A stretch of DNA of 46,032 nucleotides from Octopus bimaculoides. Lineage: Eukaryota. Shown here in pieces: positions 23,794-36,715 of this stretch; positions within the stretch are counted from its first letter, which is position 1; the number at the start of each line of letters is the position of its first letter. The notes beneath the pieces are model-generated. The model worked only from the letters and a program-made list of their open reading frames with translations, searched no databases and was not told the origin of the DNA. The position numbers and the translations under genes were made by a program. Location: assembly GCF_001194135.2 (NCBI RefSeq), contig NC_068982.1:52697345-52743376 (forward strand), given 5' to 3'.

Positions 23794-24549
23794 CAGCCAA
23801 AATATTAATTATACAATAACAATAACAATAATACAACCTCAAAGACAACATTTGTTTAAGATGATCGTGCAAATTTCTGAAACAGCAAGATTCAAGTTAC
23901 TATTTTATACGTCTCTGAATAACACTCATTCTTGGTGTCCTAATTATCATATAGCTTTAAGAGATATAATCAATTAATTGTTTCTCGTATTTCACCTCAA
24001 AAGCAAATCACAGAGAGTCTTTGTACTGCTTCAGACGGATATATTCTTTAAATTCATTTCACCCGTTTGATACTAACTCATATGAGACCGCATCTGGTTT
24101 TTATGATACAAAAATTATCCGGTATATACCAAATACCAGATTAGTAATAGAATAATTAAGTTTTCTTATTAAACAGCAGAAGTAAGAGAGTAACTCAAGG
24201 ACCAAGAGTTTCGCGTATGAATCTAATAGAATAATTTGTTATTTTACTAAATCCCTTCTGAATTCTTTATCAATTTCAAAATCAATTGAGACACATGGTT
24301 AGTGTATTTGGTGAGAATTACTATCATGACAGGCAGAATAATTCTTCTATTTAAATGCACATCGTGGGCAGAAGACAAACGAGCAATATCGAAGATTTCT
24401 TTCTATTTCCAATCACAACCATTTTTCTCCGTATTCTTGAAATCAATTCCAGCTGATCCCCTAGTTATGCAAGTACGATTTTTAGTGTTCATACCTCTTC
24501 TGGGATTGTAAGAAGAAAAGTAAGTGAAATAGCTATAACATTTAACCAA

Positions 24550-24789
24550 GCCCGGTTGGCCGGATTAGTTTGCTTGTAACTTACCATCTATACAAAGAAA
24601 CTCGTCATCTTTGAAGGTCCTCTCCGCAGAAATAGCAACCAAATTTCTCTCAAATCACACACGTGTGTCTTAAAAACATGCACTGTCTTAGATATGCCGT
24701 TTGAAAAAGAGAGAGTGTGTTGTAGTTTGAATGCCTTTGATCAAAGGTTGTCTTGATAGGAACTGGCTTAAGACTAAACGAGAACAAGA
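24550..24789 (+). mobile_element. Degenerate dispersed repeat (SINE/LINE-tail-like); related copies at 29670-29870 (+) and about 26680-26700 (-)
   Basis: Shared motifs AGAAA.AGCA.CCAAA...CTC..TCA.ATCAC, AA.GCCTTTG.TC and a ..GACTAAAC.AC.A 3' end. Confidence 0.55.
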
Positions 24790-25162
24790 AAATGTATGAT
24801 AATATTAATGTTCAAATACAGTTTCAACTTCAGTTTGCACAATAGTTTCAGGAATATATCAGTTATACTGAGCTATTCGAGCACATGCATGAATATTAGC
24901 ATAATGTAAGCTGCATTAAATTAATCTTTTCCTTAAATCATCAAATCCCAAAACGAGATATATTGTCTTTCAGCATGCACTTAAATTCAACTGTTTATTT
25001 AAACTATTCTACGCGCGTTTAGAAACATATCTTTCACCTTTACTCCACAATACTCTTTTCTTTGCTCGTGTTTTGGTTTTTAAGTTCATAAGCTCTTCAT
25101 TGTTATCGAAATCTGACATCAAATCCCAAACAAGGAATTAATTACTCTTCGCTATCTGTCTC
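24790..25162 (+). repeat. 373-bp direct repeat, copy 2
   Basis: See copy 1. Offset 1369 bp; followed by an (ACA/ACG)n tract. Confidence 0.97.
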
Positions 25163-26972
25163 TCACAAAAAGAAAAATAATTATAAAACAACAACGACGA
25201 CGACAACAACAACGAAACATTGAATCTATCTTTTCTTAGAAGAATCTACCTTTTCCTAGAGACAAGAATCCAGTAAAATACGTTAAAAATATGATTGATG
25301 TATCGTATTTAACTGAAACTGCTCAGTCTTTTTCTAATATATCTTAAGATAAATTTTATAGCTACCGCTGTGCATTATAGAAGAGTGGATCTATGGACAT
25401 CTTTTGTTAAGCCTTTCTTAATTTTCAGTTAGGTTTTGTGAAATAAAAAGAGAATTTGGTTGCTTTTCGTCATCCCTTCAAAATATCAAGATGCTATCAG
25501 AAGCGTCTGTTGCCTCAAGGACCTTAAGAGCTAAAATACCCGAAAAGTATTCAATAACATGATGATCTCTCAAAAGTGATGCCATATCATAGAAGTTATA
25601 GAATTTATAGGTTCATGTGAATAAATTATTGGGAAACAATGTAGTCCATTATTTAGCGGATATTTTTTTTTAGAAATCCAATCACACTTTGATAGTTATA
25701 TTTGTCGTTTACGCTCGATGTATTATATTTGCTGCACGCTATTCAAAATTATTTAATTCTTTGTAAACAAGAAAGCTGTATCTCCTTGAACTGTTTTCTA
25801 ATATTCCATTTATTTTCTATTGTTCCTTTAATTTAGTTGCCTTATTTCCTCTTTAATGGGAAGTGTATTTCTAAAACCTACGATTATCTTACGTTTAAGA
25901 TGTTCGTCTTTATATAATATCTGCTAATGATGATCAATGTTTTCTCCCTACACAAAACCTATTGTTGACGAGTTGTTTTTGACTTAGATACTGTTACTAG
26001 CCAAGACGATGTCTTTAATAATCTATTAAAAGTAGGTTACAGGAGATAAAAATATCAGTACATAAGCAAATAAAAATACCTTCCGGTATTTAGTTACATT
26101 CCTTTACATAATGAGCTCAAGTCACGCCGCAGTGGACTTTGTTTTCATCCATTCGGAGTCGATAAATTATGTATTATTCAATTTTGTCGGGAAATTTTAT
26201 TGACTAATCTTCCCTACCATTTGACTCATTATATCGATTTTAGAAACTAGTATACAATTTCGTGCTTTCATATGTCTTTCGTAATTTCAAGGTCGTTAAA
26301 AATATCCTCCAAATACTTGTGTGAATTTAAGCAGCCCTACCTCCCCAAAATTTACGGCTGCGAAGCTAAACTAGAAAGAATTATTCTACGCATTCTTTTC
26401 TTCCCCTACCGAAAACTATACAGAATCTTCCATTAATCTATTTTCTACTAAAGAAGATAATAACTATCAATATTTGTTCACTCAAACGTTCTTGATAAGG
26501 TAGTTTTATAGATTGGCGAGTTGCTCTACTCTGTTTGTCAAGCTGAAAAATAACTAGCAATAACTCTGGAGGAAAGTTAAATCTGACACGCTTGATGCTT
26601 CAACGAGTGAGATTTATCTACCACCTGCTTAAATCTGGACAAATATTTCTTGGCTGATATTTATACACAAATTGTTGTTTTTGTTGTTTAGCCCCAGATC
26701 ATCAATGGCCTTAAAGTCTCATGAGCCCATGTCTTTTAGCCATAACTATGCAACTTTTTTTCTTTCGCATAGTGAAACCAGAACAAAATTATGAAGCATG
26801 TCATCTTTCTAAGGCGATAAGTTAGCATTTGAGGGGTTTCTTTTCACAGTTATTTCTAGGAGGCAGGCGCAGACTAGTTTACCCATAGTTGACAGTTATA
26901 TTTATGTAATCAATATTGGATGTTATTCTTTAAATTAATTTGTCTTACAGATTTCGACTTGATCTATGTAGC

Positions 26973-26977
26973 TATGT

Positions 26978-27026
<49 letters not shown>

Positions 27027-27068
27027 CGTTGTTGTTGTTTTTGTTGTTGTTGCTGCTGCTGCTGTTGT
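26973..27068. repeat. Compound (TG)n-(GTT)n-(GCT)n microsatellite
   Basis: Directly visible. Confidence 0.97.
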
Positions 27069-28129
27069 GTGGATGTATGAACTTGTATATATGTATTTCT
27101 TCTATACATATCTGTGGATTTGTGTTTGCTTGTGTATCTATGTATCAGTTTTTGTTTGGCTCCGAGTGTGTAACTGTATGTATAGGTTTGTAAGTTATCG
27201 CAAATGTGTGCTTACATCTGTCTGACACCAGCGTCACAGCGATAAAACTGCATTAAAAACACATTAGGTTAGAGACATCATAAAAACGTATTTAGAAATG
27301 CGATATATTTTATGATGGGCGTTAATATTGCAATAAACATTGAACAATTTGTCTGTCAAGCAACCACAGATGTCGCTGTGTAACACTACGCCAACATTAA
27401 GAGTTTCACTATATTTTGAAAGGTTTTACTCACTATAACAATTTGAAAAAAAAAAGAAGCAAGTGAAGAAGAAAGTATACAAGAGAGATAAAGCGAAATG
27501 ATATCAGTAATATTGTTTCGTTTACATACTTTTACTGATTACCAGTGAAACCTTAAAAAATAGTTACAATGCAATTTTTGTGGATTCAGAAATAATGCTT
27601 AATTTTTTAACTTAAATATTGATAAGCTACAAAACGACGGCGGTATTCAAATTATTCGAAAATATACTATGTGTGGAAACATAATTTTAACAATGTATTT
27701 ATATAATTAAATTTTATGAAATGTGCAAAACTCCTTTTCTGTTGGCTACTTTTATGGAAGTAAATTCTCCGATATTGAACAGCCTGTTTCCTCTAAATGG
27801 TGATACAACTTTTAAATGGTTAAATCAACTGTATACACAAAGTCATGCACACACGCTCTTACACACATGTACATGTATACAACTTTAGTACAGCATAGTG
27901 TATACACACATATATATGCAATTTTAGTGTAATATGGAATAAATTTATAGATTTTTACCAACAATTTACCTAAACAGATGTTAACGCTAGTCTTTATGTA
28001 CAATATCTTATAGGAATTCATTGTATATGTGTAGACGATGTCTGTTTATCTATACATACATAATGTTGGCTAAAATCTATTGATAGTCCTATTATAAAGT
28101 AGAGCTTTGAAAAAAAAACACTTATACAA

Positions 28130-29165
28130 ACTTCTGAGTGTTTTACAAAGATGTCACTGACCAGTCGACCGACATTCTCAAGCAATTTAGTAAAAAACAG
28201 TGCTATTGTATTTGACATTAATAAAGCATTAGACTGTCTGTGACATGTGAAGTTCTAAGCAAACTGTTCTATCAGCTCATCTCTGGATCTTGTCAATTGA
28301 ATCAGTGGTTATCTCTCAGATCACGGTATCCCACCCTGTCCTGGTGAAGCTGTTTTTGACCCCCTACTCTAACAACTCTATTGTACCACGAGGGCAGGAT
28401 TTATCCCCCACAGTTTACCCCCTGTGACTCAACCACCTACTAGCCGTAGTCTCCTCCTAGTGATGCTCAGTTTTGTGCAGATAATAACGCGTGTTATGCC
28501 ACTCACGACCCATTCCCATTCAGTCGAAACCGTCTTACTTTAAAACATCCTCTAATGATGTCATCCAGGCTCTTTCAATAGTATGAAAGAGAAACAATAT
28601 AATACCACATCTAAAAATAAACAGCACTCAGTCAGGGTCTCTAAATGTTCTACATACTTCAGTTTTATAGAGTTTGTTTTCCCGTAAACGTATATCTTCA
28701 CCTTTGTAGACCCTGCACACAGTGACTGTTTTTCGTACGTGGAACCAAAGAATATTTATGTCCTAACCAACTATTAATCCTCTACTAAACTCAGGTGATA
28801 CTAATATCTAGAACAATGCTGTGGTACATTTGCAGAAATCCTAGACTGCACTTCAAAAATACCATGCCTGATTATCATGAAGTCATTCATCAACACAATC
28901 CAACTTCTACTCCACAGATATACTGTTTCGCCTTTCTTAGTATTTTATATCACTACAAAGTTGCCTCTGTTTCTTAGAACTAGCATTTCTGTTGACAATT
29001 TCACTCAGCTCTTCTCGACTCACTCTTCATGTCTGGCACTAACCACTACACTTTGTCCGTTTTCTTCGGAACATTAGCTATCTCTCTGTAATTCACTCTC
29101 TGACCATATTTGTTTTCTTCAGCTATCAACATGCAAACACTCCAAGAAGATCAGCGATGGCCATA
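28130..29165 (+). mobile_element. Degenerate CR1/L2-group LINE: reverse-transcriptase relic and C-terminus
   Basis: Hand translation gives VFDINKALD (DxSKAFD), LVN*ISGYLSDH, NSIVPRGQDLSPT (SGVPQGSVLSP), C/FADN (YADD), IQLLLHRYTVSPFLVFY and ..CNSLSDH. There are many stops and frameshifts. Confidence 0.72.
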
Positions 29166-29669
29166 GGCACAGCTACCATCGCCAGCTCGAACCAATAGAA
29201 AAATGACCAACATACGACAAAAATTAGTTTCATATATAATTGTAGTTACAAGAGGGCGAACTGTTTCAGTATTGATAGCGGTCTCATAACAGTAAAATAT
29301 TGGAATCTTTTATTAGCTTCAAGGAATATTGTTCGAGTCAAATGGAGTTGGGTACCACTGTTCCCTTTTAGAAGTCAACAAAGATGATCGCGTTTCTGTT
29401 GATAGTTCTGAAAAGAGAAAATATAGTAAATGAAACAATCAACTTACAGAAAAGCTGAGAAAGGAATATACATCACAGTAATTTTACAATAATGAATTGG
29501 TAGTAAAGATAAAATGCCGGATTAATTACGTTGATACATTTCGTTCAGAGTTCACATACTGTCAGAGTTAACCTTGCTTTTTATCGATTTGTAGTCAATG
29601 AATTATAGAGCGCTAATAAATGAGGATTGTTTCATTCGAATATACAAAAAATAATTGCTTTGTATCTAA

Positions 29670-29870
29670 ACGAGAAGCCAACATTGCATGTGTCAGCAAA
29701 TATTAACATGGCCACTTGATCTAGAAACAGCAGCCAAAATCTCCATCAGATCACATCCGGTCTTTTTAAAGATATACGAAGAAACAGCGAATAGTCGCGG
29801 CTTAAACGCCTTTGGTCGTATATATCTTCAATCAGGGCTGACCTTGGACTAAACAACGACGACAATGACT
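29670..29870 (+). mobile_element. Second degenerate copy of the 24550-24789 repeat family
   Basis: CTAGAAACAGCAGCCAAAATCTCCATCAGATCAC...AAACGCCTTTGGTC...TCAGGGCTGACCTTGGACTAAACAACGACGAC. Confidence 0.55.
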
Positions 29871-31864
29871 AATATAACAGAAATTTTCAAGAAATTTCCA
29901 CAAATCATACAGATTTATAAATGTGTTTCGTAGTTGTAAAATCAATGGAATTAAGCAGATAAATGATAAAATTTCTATGGACACTATTAGAACATATGAG
30001 ACCTATTTTCCATATTTGATACGGCATAGTTCGAGACACGCCATATTAAAATTACTGCTCAGAGAAAAGAAAGAAAAATACCCTGCAAGCGATATATAAT
30101 CACATGCCATTAGTTGGCTGCACAATGTGTAATCTATTCGGTCACTTCCCTTCTAGTAAATGATAAATACATCTACTAAGAGAAGGAAGTAATTCAGGGG
30201 ATTGAGTCGAATGGAAAATTAAATGACAAGAAGTACAATGGCTTAGATATCAAGCTGAATGTTACTACTTAGTGTCAATAATATTATGGTGCAATTGCCC
30301 ATTGGCTAAACATTGCAAATGATAGGATTCGAAAATACTAAATAGATCCTGCTTTACTTTAGATATCCTGATATTTCTAATGCAAGGCAGGTTAAAACAA
30401 TTAAAGAAAATCCCATAAACATATTTAAATAACTGAAAGAAATAATGCAAAAAAGTAAAAAGAAAGTATATGTAAATTTAAAACTTTTACAAATATTCCA
30501 GTTGGTAAAATTATTGAAGAGGACGCCATTCGGAGGCTCTGTAAAATTTGCATAAAATAAGAAAATAAGAAAATTGGTATAGTCTGAAGTTAATAACTAA
30601 TTGATTGTAGGATAAGGCAGTAGCATGTAAAAAGTAAAACTCTATAGTAGGTACGTAGCTCTTATGTAAACGGCTTGCACTATGAATTGAATTAACATCA
30701 ATGACGACGAATAATTGAAATAAATTAAATATAAATGCAAGAAACTGTGAATATAATGTTAGAGGAAAAAGACATAATTGTGAGAAAAATATAAATAAAC
30801 TTATAAACATGTAAACATTAGAATTGCGATAACAGAACTAAATTGATTAATTTGCTGTGATTGCAGCCAACCTGATAATAGACTAATGAATAGAAAGAAC
30901 GAGCTGACGACAAGGATATTTCAAAACATTTATACAATCAACGGAAGAAATGATAAAATTGAAATAAATTGAGTGAACTGATAAAATTAAGACAAACTAC
31001 AAGATTTGATATCACGCTGTTGCACTTGTGTACAACTAATTGTCCTGGGGTTCCTCATAAACTGTAAAGTATAGCAATTAGTATGACTCATTCAGTGTTC
31101 TATTGGATATAGATGTAATAATTTCTTGAAATTAACTTGAAGTTTCTCACGCTGAAATACATAAAACCACGTCTACTTTATTTCAAACTTCGTTGTTTTG
31201 TCATTAGTACTTGCCTGCGCTGACAAAAAAGATACTACTGCGAAATATGTGAAAAGTGATTTTGGTACAAGGTCACAGAACTTGGGCGGTTTAGAAAATG
31301 TATCCCACGGTTAGACCTGCTCTTAATTCGAATTAAAACACTGGGGAAGATAAATCAAGAAGCAGTTATTTAAGTCCAGAACAAACGCTCAATCATATAA
31401 ACGTAATAGTATTAATGAGAAATAAGCTTTACAAAACAGACACGTGTTTCAGGAAAGCAACTCATAAGATTACACAATCGTTTGAAGAAATTACACAATC
31501 TTATCGAAATACATCACTTGTGTTTTTGGTAAAACATATAAAATATGTCGTTTACTTATTTGATCAATATATATACTAGCGTTATGCAAATTAACTACAG
31601 CATCAATAGAGTGGCGGAACACAGAATGCCAGAGTGAAAAATAGCTGGATGGAGAAACAGAAGACAGAAACGATACGAGGTTATAGCTGTAACTGCCAGC
31701 ATGCAGTTATTCGATACGAGGAGGGTTGTGGATATGTTACATACTTAGGCAGATATAGGTTCACACTCGCACGCACTCACAACCGTTCACATGCGCATGC
31801 GCACCCACAGATCACACATACACACACACATATACACACACAATAAAGTGTAGAGAAAGAAAAT

Positions 31865-32012
31865 AGATAACACCAAAACAATGTAGACTCAATGTCGAGG
31901 TAAGCAACAACAATAATAACTACCACAATAGCAATACCAACCACAACGACAACAATAACGACAATAATCATAACAATAATACTAACTACTGTGCCAACAA
32001 CCACCATAACAC
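31865..32012. repeat. Degenerate trinucleotide (ACA/ATA/CCA)-rich tract
   Basis: Directly visible. It gives the spurious poly-V/I ORF 31777-32007. Confidence 0.85.
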
Positions 32013-33258
32013 ATCAGAGGTGAGCGGTGTTAGTGGTCGTTTCCTTTGATTTGACAGATTTATAATATCAATTTAAATAACGTTCTCGCGGGCAAACAAA
32101 GTTGGTGTGCATATGAATCTCTGTGTTCTATATTTAGCGACATGTAGTGTGTCGTCCACCACCGCCAGATCCCTTCTGTCGAGCGTATTCACCATCAAAT
32201 GCACACACATACCTACTTATCCCTGCGCATACAATGCCAGACCCAAACATCCACAAAGGCACACACTTACACACATGTTCATCGCTGCACTCATACGCAT
32301 ATCGATACATGCACTAATCTCTAAATTCCCTCCTTACAATCATACCGTACATCATTGAAACTTCTTAAGTGACTATTATTCTCCTACACAACGAGCGCGT
32401 ACTCAGTGTCACATACAAGCATATAAATTCGTTTGCATTCACATAAATAACCATAGAATTTTCATGTGTCTTTTTGCAAGTCCATCAAGTTCAGTAAGTT
32501 TATAGGCCTACTCGTCGCGCAGTCGTTGGAGATGCACATTGCATTCCGCAGAAAAGTATATATGTAATCCATGTTATCGTTACGGGCGCTGTACATCCTT
32601 GATCACAGAATATTCGGGCTGGTGGGTACATAAAATTATCCATTGTCACGCATTTCGTTGTTCCTAGTATAGTTACAATCTAGTGCTCAGTAAAAATGTT
32701 GCTGATACAAGCACAGTCAGGGTATACACATAGGTGAATAGAATGGGAAAGGGTTTCGTGCGGGCGTTGACAAAGAGGGTCGTTCATGAAGAGGATTTTA
32801 CTAAACTATACTAAGTTTACGAAAACGATGAGAATAGCGTGGCTATTATTCCTGTGTCACTTGTAATGCTAACAGTGTTCCATCGTACCTTCTCGCTGTT
32901 CAGGTAGTTCCCAGTCTGGAAATTTTCTTATCTTCTGCTAATTCAGTGCGGGCTGCAAGTCCCTAATTCCCTACGACTACTGTTATAATCTCCTACCACT
33001 GACTGGTACATAACTTTCATGAACGTCTACCCCCACGATAGTAAGTAGGGTGTCTTTGCATCGACCATTTCAATCTATAGCTAATCTTATTATTATCCAG
33101 GTTATTGATATATCAGTTAGTGAAGTAGGGAAACTAAATCTCTCTACATATGCCTACATACATGTATACTGCAAAAATCTGTAAAACTTTCCACAAGTTT
33201 ATCATTTAAATATGTATGAGCATGTCTAGATATGCAACTATATGCATGAGAATACACA

Positions 33259-33467
33259 CATAAAACATACAAATCTGCACATACATACATACATACATAC
33301 ATACATACATACATACATACATACATACATACATACATACATACATGCAAACAAAAATATCCTGTTGTTGATGTTGAAATTCCAATGAAAGAGCCTTGGA
33401 TCTAGGTTAGAAACTGGTTCTTTCTTTATTAGCGAGAAATCTTGAAATAAACTGAATAATGACATAC
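33259..33467 (-). repeat. Short (ATGT)n-associated dispersed element, copy 2, with an expanded internal (ATAC)n
   Basis: Reverse complement of 21773-21947. The internal microsatellite at about 33281-33345 is much longer here, and another (ATAC)n follows at 33465-33510. Confidence 0.8.
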
Positions 33468-34828
33468 AAACATACATACATACATGCATGCATACATACA
33501 TACATACATAAATATTTCATTCTCCTCTGAATGTCGGAAACAGGGGCATCGTAGGAATGATTTGTTAAGTTTTCACCTCCCAATAAAATCTATTTTAATC
33601 TATTTTAATCTACTTTTATTATTTTGTATTCTTGTGTGTACTTATAATACATTCACACACACGCACACAGACATTCACATATACACACACACACATATAA
33701 TTATATATGTATAAATGTGGGTCAGTGTATATGTGTGCGTGTGTAGTGTGTAGGTGTAAGTAGGAATGGATTGCGCGGGTGTATATGCATGCATACGTAA
33801 TTTTCCCTTTTTCAGAGAACTGAGTGCCTTAAGTAGAATAAATATTTAATGTAAAGTTATAGCTGTAGCAGACAGCACGCGATTATTCCGATTTTCATGT
33901 TTCTGTCCCTGGACAATTCATCTCTAGTGTTGGCTTGTATAGGATATATCACTTATTGCGTGTTTTGTCGTCTTTTCGAATCTCTGTTTGCCCTGTGAAT
34001 GTCAGTGAGATGGTAACCAGCTTCATGTCGTTCTCTTGAAATGAATACTGGCCAGCAATTTTAAGGTCTTTATTGAGAATCGAATATTTCTCGTCATTGC
34101 AAGGCCGCTTGCAAGGAACGTACAAGTTGCGTGGTCGTCCAAACTGCAGATTCTGCATTAGCCTTATTGAAATTATATCCTGAGTTTTAATTAGGATTGG
34201 TTCTGTAAGAAAATCACTTCGCTTGTCCCTCTAGAAATTTAATCAAGGTTATTAAATATAATCGATATAATGAAGATTATTTAGGAAAAATGGAAGAACT
34301 CATATGAAATGGAATGACAGTGTATCGTCAACAAGTAGGAAGTCCTAATATCAGACAAATATTGGAAATTGAGCATTTGGATGTACGTGCAAACAACAAT
34401 TTCCAAAAATGCCAAGTTTTATGATAATGAGCCTGAATCATAGGCCAAATATAAATAAATATATTTATGAAATGTATAAACTATTACCCAAATATATTTG
34501 ACAAAATAACATAAGTTACATTGAATAACAACTTTAATCAGTTATAAGATACTTAGTTGCCAATCAACTTTTAAAAGTCACGTGTCTAAAATATACATCC
34601 CGCAACAGCTATAAGACATATAGTTACAATTAAAATATTTAAAAGCTGATGTGTTTAAAGTAATCACCAATGATTTACTACAAATTTCCATCCTATCTTT
34701 AATGTGTGCTACAATATAAAAGGAAATACCTTCAACATTTACTATTGAAAATCAATAAATTGTGAACCTCTTGTAATTTATATAAATATACCTTTAAAAA
34801 AAAACTACAAATGAATTTTCACTTTATA

Positions 34829-35820
34829 CAGGGCACATTTCAGAAGTTTTTCAGCAGAGATATTTCTTAATTTTAAAGAAGCGCAAAAATTTAATCTTCT
34901 TCAAAATAGCATGTTCTGATTTTAATGCACTTGTTGTAGTAGACCAGCCAGTTGGTGAAAGCTTCATGAAAGTTCTTCAAAATGAACGTGTCTAAGATCA
35001 TTGACACAGCCTCCTTCATCTTCTAAATGTCTTCAAAAGGACTGCGTCTCAGATTCTCCTTCAGCTTAGGGAGCAACCAAAAGTCACAGGGAGCCAAGTC
35101 TGAACTGTAGGAAGAATAAGGGGCAATTTTGATACCCATTTCTGCCAAGCAGTTGTTTACCAGGATGGAATTGTGGGCTGGTGCATTGTTCTAGTGCAGG
35201 TGTCACTGAACAGTGTGGAAGATCTCTTCCTGAATCCTTTCAAAACCTCCACAAAGCACTCTTTTTTGGTCGCCTGGCCTAAGGGTAATTTGGGGAACAT
35301 CATGAACTTTCCGATAGGCTTGCTTTGCCTGGAATTCTTGGGTTTGGTGTAGCCAGCATACTTCCATTGGACTTTTTGCCTTTGGGTCTGTAGACCATGA
35401 CACTAGATGCAGTTTTCGTCACAGGTCAGTAAAGACTCAAGTACTCTTGGATTGGATGTAACGAGTTCAACCAACTTCATGCTGTCATTAACACGTCTCT
35501 CCATCTGTTTGTCTCTGAGAACATGCTTTACACAAATTTTGCGTATGCTCAGATCTTCATGAGTAATTCTTTGTACAGTTTCTACACTAGCTCCAAATTG
35601 TGTGCAATTTGTCTTTATAGACAGCGCAATTTTCATTCAGCTCTGAAGTTCTAACGTCCCTCTGCCTCTAACATCTCTCTATCTCCTGGAATCTTCTACG
35701 CCGGTGGAAAACAGACGCTCAGCTCAAACAAGTTAATCCATACGTAGTCTGGAGCATTTCATAAATTAATACAAAACTTTATTGCGTAACGAGCTTACAA
35801 ATTGTCTTCACGCCCCGTCT
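34829..35820 (-). mobile_element. Mariner transposon relic 1 (transposase pseudogene, N-terminal part deleted)
   Basis: Minus-strand frames give TVQRITHEDLSIRKICVK..LRDKQMERRVNDS..LLTCDENCI (TGDETWI), WK.AG..KPK..RQSK.IGKFMMF, H*NNAPAHNSILV and YSSDLAPCDFWLLPKLK (YSPDLAPCDF), ending YNKCIK...YFEE. There is a TA|CAGGG.. end at 34827-34833. The 5' boundary is uncertain. Confidence 0.88.
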
Positions 35821-36034
35821 GCGTTACACAAACTAGCCAGGTGTGATAATTAGTTAGGTGTGTTCAAAGTACTGTTATACCTGTTTCCTTCAATCGGGAA
35901 TAAAATGTTGGCAGGTCAGCTTATTAGATATATAGGCATGATATACTAAAATTACTATAATCTAGGGAAGTTATTACAGAAATGCATACACCACCTATAC
36001 AAACGCGTAAATTATATACATACATGCATACATA

Positions 36035-36256
36035 TATTGATAGATAGATAGATAGACAGACAGACAGATAGATAGATACACGTGTGTATACGTGTGTACG
36101 TGCGTGTGTGTGTGTGTCTATGTGTGACGCACGCGCATGTGCAGGTAAGCATCGATCTTAACGGATTCCGATTTTTAAAGAGATTTCAGATTTTACGAAC
36201 GGAGTAATATCAGCAGCAACGACAACAAAAACAACAACAACAACAACAGCACCACC

Positions 36257-36302
<46 letters not shown>

Positions 36303-36330
36303 GCAACAGCAATAATAATAATAACAATAA
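36035..36330. repeat. (GATA/GACA)n-(TG)n and compound trinucleotide (CAA)n-(CAC)n-(CAA)n-(AAT)n microsatellites
   Basis: Directly visible, separated by an ~85-bp unique spacer. Confidence 0.93.
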
Positions 36331-36715
36331 TATACAGGAATTATTAATTTAAGAAATTAAATGTTATTACGTGAGATTGAGTTATAACATTTAGAAAATT
36401 AGGGTGAGAAGAGAGTGACAAAGATCGAGAGATGAATGCGGAGAGACTATTGTTTCCATTATTTAGCGCCTGTTTTTTTCTCTGTGGGAATTTATAGATT
36501 CTTTTGAATGTCATTGAGAAACTTTATTTTACGTTGTGTGGTATGGTGTGTAGCAACTGCACCTTACTATCAGTGCACTGTGAGCCAGTAGGTGAAATGA
36601 TGTACTTGAAATGCACTGCGTCACACTATTCCAAACAAGACTAAACTAGAAAGCAATAGATTAATACATGTCTATATTTTTCAACACAGTTCTATTTTTA
36701 ATGATGAGGAATTAT

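Noticed and set aside
32048-32068. TCF (CTTTGAT) and near PBX/MEIS (TGATTTGACAG) motifs
   Set aside because: Short AT-rich motifs expected by chance, and the composite site has an extra base relative to TGATTGACAG.
34097-34114. Hairpin TTGCAAG-GCCG-CTTGCAA
   Set aside because: A 7-bp stem is expected a few times by chance in 46 kb.
36142-36150. Perfect donor CAG|GTAAGC
   Set aside because: No plausible acceptor or exon upstream (only microsatellite), so it is treated as a cryptic site.
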